This document shows, in pieces, positions 16,823 to 20,000 of a DNA stretch of 20,000 nt (position 1 is its first letter; the number at the start of each line of letters is the position of its first letter). The translations under genes were made by a program, and so were the position numbers. Source of the DNA: an uncultured virus (IMG/VR IMGVR_UViG_3300009481_005157) (lineage: Duplodnaviria; Heunggongvirae; Uroviricota; Caudoviricetes); the IMG/VR virus record IMGVR_UViG_3300009481_005157. One strand, given 5' to 3'. The notes beneath the pieces were generated by a model, which was given only the letters and a program-made list of their open reading frames with translations, had not been told where the DNA came from and did not search any database.

Positions 16823-17860
16823 CTACCTATCTTCTGACTCTAATCTAATTATGTCCTCAATTACGGCTGTCTCCATTTTATCAGTAGGCTTTAATTTGAA
16901 AAAATCTTTTGCATTCGCATCTCTTCTGAATGTGGAGGCTCTATTTCTATGGCCTAGCACTTCTAGGGTGCAGAGTGTTCTTAGGCATTTTTTACATGTG
17001 GTGCAGTTGTATTGTTGGTCTTTATTGGTGTGACAGACTCTTAGGAAGTCTAGGCATCTGATATCATGTTTGGTTATAAATTTTACTTTATCCGTCCTGC
17101 TTAGGTCTCCATCATGCCTGATCTTGAAGAAGCTGGAAGAATAGTACTTGTCCAACCAGAAGTGAGAACCCCACCTGAAGTCATCATCCGATTTAAACGT
17201 GCTTGGTATCATGAAATGATTAAATGTATTTGAGAGGCAGTAGGCAACGTTGAATATACCTACACCGTGAAGATAATGCCCCCAGTCAAAACCCTCGCCA
17301 TGATTGACCTCCTTTTTAAGATCTGTCTCGCACAGTATTAACTTCTTACCATACAATCTAGATGCTTCCTCTAATTTTGCCAAAGTCTCGTCTAGCAGCG
17401 TGGTTAAATGTTTCCTGATATCAAAGCCTACTACAAATATAATGCTATCTATGGTGTCAATATTGGTGTAAAGCGTGTAAAAGCTATCTACCCCCATAGT
17501 AAACGATGCAAAACTCTTACTCTCTTTGACTTGCGATTCTAGCTCTGTAGAAGGAGCTTTAATCTCCAACTTAAAGTCCTTTCTGTTGTGCCATCTATTG
17601 AACGTGGATAATAAATTTTGTACATTCTCTAAAAATTTTGTATCGACCCCTACCTCCGTCTCAATGCTTCTTCCGGTAAGTATGCAGTGTGGTATGAATA
17701 CGCTGATTAACCCCTCCACCCCCGTGTATAGATTATCAATTCTTGATAAAAACTTATTTGTGAATGAGTGTTTTTGATCGTCATATAAGTACTCATACGT
17801 AATTTGGCTAGAGAACTTATTGGTTTTGACGATTGGTTTTAGTATCTGAATTTTACTCAC
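16823..17860 (-). CDS. PP-loop (adenine nucleotide alpha-hydrolase-like) enzyme with Cys4 motif, probably glycan-modifying (345 aa)
   Basis: FTMGVDSFYTL (variant of FSGGxDS), GFDI, WGSH, R..KV, and RVC-x9-CxxCxKCLRT. Confidence 0.65.
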   Translation of the reverse strand: MSKIQILKPIVKTNKFSSQITYEYLYDDQKHSFTNKFLSRIDNLYTGVEGLISVFIPHCILTGRSIETEVGVDTKFLENVQNLLSTFNRWHNRKDFKLEIKAPSTELESQVKESKSFASFTMGVDSFYTLYTNIDTIDSIIFVVGFDIRKHLTTLLDETLAKLEEASRLYGKKLILCETDLKKEVNHGEGFDWGHYLHGVGIFNVAYCLSNTFNHFMIPSTFKSDDDFRWGSHFWLDKYYSSSFFKIRHDGDLSRTDKVKFITKHDIRCLDFLRVCHTNKDQQYNCTTCKKCLRTLCTLEVLGHRNRASTFRRDANAKDFFKLKPTDKMETAVIEDIIRLESEDR

Positions 17861-18582
17861 TATACGCTTAACTCATCAGTATACAGACATCCAAGGGCTT
17901 CAAGGTATTCGTCAAACATAGTCTTGTTTTTGTGATAATATACGGGTAGCAAAGTGACATCTGCTTTCATGGCGATACCACAGATAGCAAAATGAAGCCT
18001 GTCCGTAGTGATGCGATTGAATTGTGCGGCATATTCCCAATACTCTTCTGGGGTATGGCAGAACGATGCTGGATCTTTTCTTTGTTCTCTTGGTATATAA
18101 ATAAATACGCTTTCATTGGTTCTTCTGAGGAATGTTTCATCGCCAGATTTTTTACAGTCTATTTCTGGGAAATCGAATCCTAGGGCTAGGTCAGGTATTA
18201 TTTCACCCTTTCCGATTATGTCCCTGCTCTTAGACTCCCTGAAAAATAATCTCTCAAAAGGTAACTCCTCTTTTCTGAATACCGATTGTGGTAACATCCA
18301 GCAGGGTATTCCAGATTGATACGCTTTTTTTCTTATAGCTTCACATTTTGGGTATCCTACATTACCTCCGGCAAAAAGTAATAGCTTATCGCAGGTGGGT
18401 ATTGGATTTTCGGCCAATGGATTTACTGTGAAGTGATCTACTCCAAATTCGTCACAAAGCTGTCTGGTAGCTAAGTATAGTAGATCGTCGCCAACGTTTC
18501 CTATTCCGTCCACTATTCCAACCCGAAGCCCCTTTAACTCGTCGAAAATTGGGGCGAACAGATTTATGTCAAGCAATCTCAC
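17860..18582 (-). CDS. Polysaccharide pyruvyl transferase-like protein (240 aa)
   Basis: GNVGDDLL, FAGGN, PQS, FRExxS, PDLA, TDRLHFAI and YHK motifs in the order seen in the PS_pyruv_trans family. Confidence 0.85.
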   Translation of the reverse strand: MRLLDINLFAPIFDELKGLRVGIVDGIGNVGDDLLYLATRQLCDEFGVDHFTVNPLAENPIPTCDKLLLFAGGNVGYPKCEAIRKKAYQSGIPCWMLPQSVFRKEELPFERLFFRESKSRDIIGKGEIIPDLALGFDFPEIDCKKSGDETFLRRTNESVFIYIPREQRKDPASFCHTPEEYWEYAAQFNRITTDRLHFAICGIAMKADVTLLPVYYHKNKTMFDEYLEALGCLYTDELSV

Positions 18583-19136
18583 TTTTCATATCCCCCTTCG
18601 TCGAAGTCGCTGTAATGCATATGATATATTATTTCTTTGTGTCTTTCGCTTAGTTTAAAATCGCTGTCGTCTGACTTGTTGCTGTGTGGAAATTCATACT
18701 CTTCGTTAAATAGAGATAAATCTCTAAGTTCCTGCTCTATGTTCTCAACCTTTATGAGTTTATCGTATCGGTAAAGTTTTGTGACTGGAAACTGTATCTG
18801 TTGCTTGGAATGAACGAGAAACCAGTGATCGAAATCGAGGTTGCTATCATATTTCAAATGCTCTTTCCATTGGCTAACCACTCTGGAGTAAGGATTTCTT
18901 ATTGGTAGTATTCTTGTGTATTCTGTAGCAGTTTCCGGAAGCCAGTTAGTATGTCCTAGAGATGGCAGGTGATCGAAACTCTTGGCGTCACCGTGAAAAT
19001 AAGGCACTGGTCCTTGCACAAAAATAAATTTTTCTTTTCCAGATATCCTATTACTAGTCAGGTAATTGGCGATTGAGGTGCTATAATTTTTAAAGGGTTG
19101 CCAAATTATAATCCTCTTTCCCTTATTAATTAACAT
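18579..19136 (-). CDS. Sulfotransferase family 2-like protein (185 aa)
   Basis: PFKNYSTSI (degenerate IPKTGxTS 5'-PSB), IRNPYSRVVSQW (3'-PB), IKVENI, PHSNKS and YSDF..GY. Confidence 0.75.
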   Translation of the reverse strand: MLINKGKRIIIWQPFKNYSTSIANYLTSNRISGKEKFIFVQGPVPYFHGDAKSFDHLPSLGHTNWLPETATEYTRILPIRNPYSRVVSQWKEHLKYDSNLDFDHWFLVHSKQQIQFPVTKLYRYDKLIKVENIEQELRDLSLFNEEYEFPHSNKSDDSDFKLSERHKEIIYHMHYSDFDEGGYEK

Positions 19137-19929
19137 AACTTTCCTTCCAGTTCGGTCTAAATCTCTCTATATGGGAATCCTGCGGTTCTGGTGGCGGCGG
19201 ATAAAGTATTGAATACTCTTGATTTACCAGTCTTTTTAACAGGTCTAATCTGTAACTAATCGGTTTAGATCCATTGAGGTGGATAAAATAAGCGTCCTCT
19301 ATCTTACTCCAAAAATCTGAATCAATAAACTCTAGGTTGTATCTCCAGTCTATCATTTCAAACTCGTCGTCTTCCAAGTTTAGCAGTAGGTAGTCCTGAT
19401 CAAAGCACCATCTTTTGGGATAAAATGAGGGTGGTTGTGAATATCTGTGCGCTAACCTTTTGGGGAACAACATAACACCCCCGTTCGGTTGAAGGTCTCT
19501 ATTGTTTTTAGCTAAATGCGGATATTCGTTTAAGGCTTTTTTTCTTTCCGATATTATACCTTTAAAAAGAGAGTCGTAAGAAGACTTAATTATGTTCCAC
19601 TCGTTGGCGAAGCAAACTTTATCCGATGCTAGCTCTTCATATATATTTGGGCAATCTTTTTTAACAACCACATCACAATCAAGGTACAATGTATGTTCGT
19701 ATTTTTCAATGACCTGTTTTAACCTGTACTTGTTGGACATCGGCCAGTCTGGAGCCTGATCTCCAGTTAGCTCTATATAATCGGCATTACATCTGCGAGC
19801 ATAGCCTAGTATATTATCTCTGGTAATGTCAAGCTGATCCATTGCCTCTTTATTTGCAGGTATAACACATATTGCTAAATCTGATTCTTTTTCAGGAAGC
19901 CTGTCAACCAGTTTTATTCGACAGGTCAT
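19126..19929 (-). CDS. GT-A glycosyltransferase (GT8/GT34-like, ~267 aa)
   Basis: YARRCNADY, NKY, YLDCD (DxD), NGGVML, DQDYL, YN and YFIHLNG. Start is either 19929 (ATGA overlap with the upstream gene) or 19938. Confidence 0.85.
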   Translation of the reverse strand: MTCRIKLVDRLPEKESDLAICVIPANKEAMDQLDITRDNILGYARRCNADYIELTGDQAPDWPMSNKYRLKQVIEKYEHTLYLDCDVVVKKDCPNIYEELASDKVCFANEWNIIKSSYDSLFKGIISERKKALNEYPHLAKNNRDLQPNGGVMLFPKRLAHRYSQPPSFYPKRWCFDQDYLLLNLEDDEFEMIDWRYNLEFIDSDFWSKIEDAYFIHLNGSKPISYRLDLLKRLVNQEYSILYPPPPEPQDSHIERFRPNWKESYVN

Positions 19930-20000
19930 CTGCTCCATTTTTTCTCCTCCGGGCAGACCACAAGCTTTCCGCTCTTCTCTCTTATTTTAGCCGCTTCGGG
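19926..20000 (-). CDS. C-terminal fragment of an upstream gene (...PEAAKIREKSGKLVVCPEEKKWSR*)
   Basis: Open frame from the window edge to a TGA that overlaps the GT ATG (ATGA). Only 24 aa are visible. Confidence 0.5.
   Translation of the reverse strand, partial: PEAAKIREKSGKLVVCPEEKKWSR

Noticed and set aside
16823..17860. Calling this gene queC (7-deazaguanine DNA modification)
   Set aside because: It shares only the PP-loop and Cys cluster. It is longer, has an extra N-terminal domain, lacks the QueC YGQ motif, and its neighbours are glycan enzymes rather than que/dpd genes.
4273..18319. Remaining short plus-strand ORFs and nested minus-strand ORFs in the track (e.g. 5966-6433, 9855-10295, 9886-10272, 15958-16167)
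   Set aside because: Each overlaps a longer, motif-bearing minus-strand gene and has no recognisable motif.
1..20000. Stop-codon reassignment, CRISPR array, tRNA genes, introns/inteins
   Set aside because: The standard code gives near-complete coding density with TAA, TAG and TGA all used as stops. I saw no spaced direct repeats, cloverleaf or splicing motifs by eye.

Overview
This window is the late (morphogenesis) region of a large tailed dsDNA phage, probably long-tailed and non-contractile because no sheath gene is seen. Every credible gene is on the minus strand and tightly packed. In transcription order (right to left) it holds: a four-enzyme glycan-modification cassette (GT-A glycosyltransferase, sulfotransferase-like protein, polysaccharide pyruvyl-transferase-like protein, PP-loop/Zn enzyme); several small virion-type genes, two of which the ORF track missed; a head-tail adaptor; a 331-aa and a 1644-aa fibre-like protein; head-closure, neck and tail-terminator-like genes; an internally duplicated tail-tube-like protein; a structured GGA-rich intergenic region; two paralogous chaperone-like genes; and a tape-measure protein (TMP) of more than 1082 aa that runs off the left edge and is absent from the ORF track. 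The main leads are (1) a roughly 325-aa cargo with a PD-(D/E)xK-like motif bracketed by two copies of a conserved FAxGG/DTVPA/PGEFV module inside the TMP, (2) strong Ser-Gly enrichment in virion proteins next to glycan-modifying enzymes, suggesting virion glycosylation, (3) gene duplication apparently replacing the usual G/GT frameshift, and (4) a strand-specific GTGTATAA motif that may be a late promoter. All functional calls come from motifs and gene order read by eye; no searches were run.
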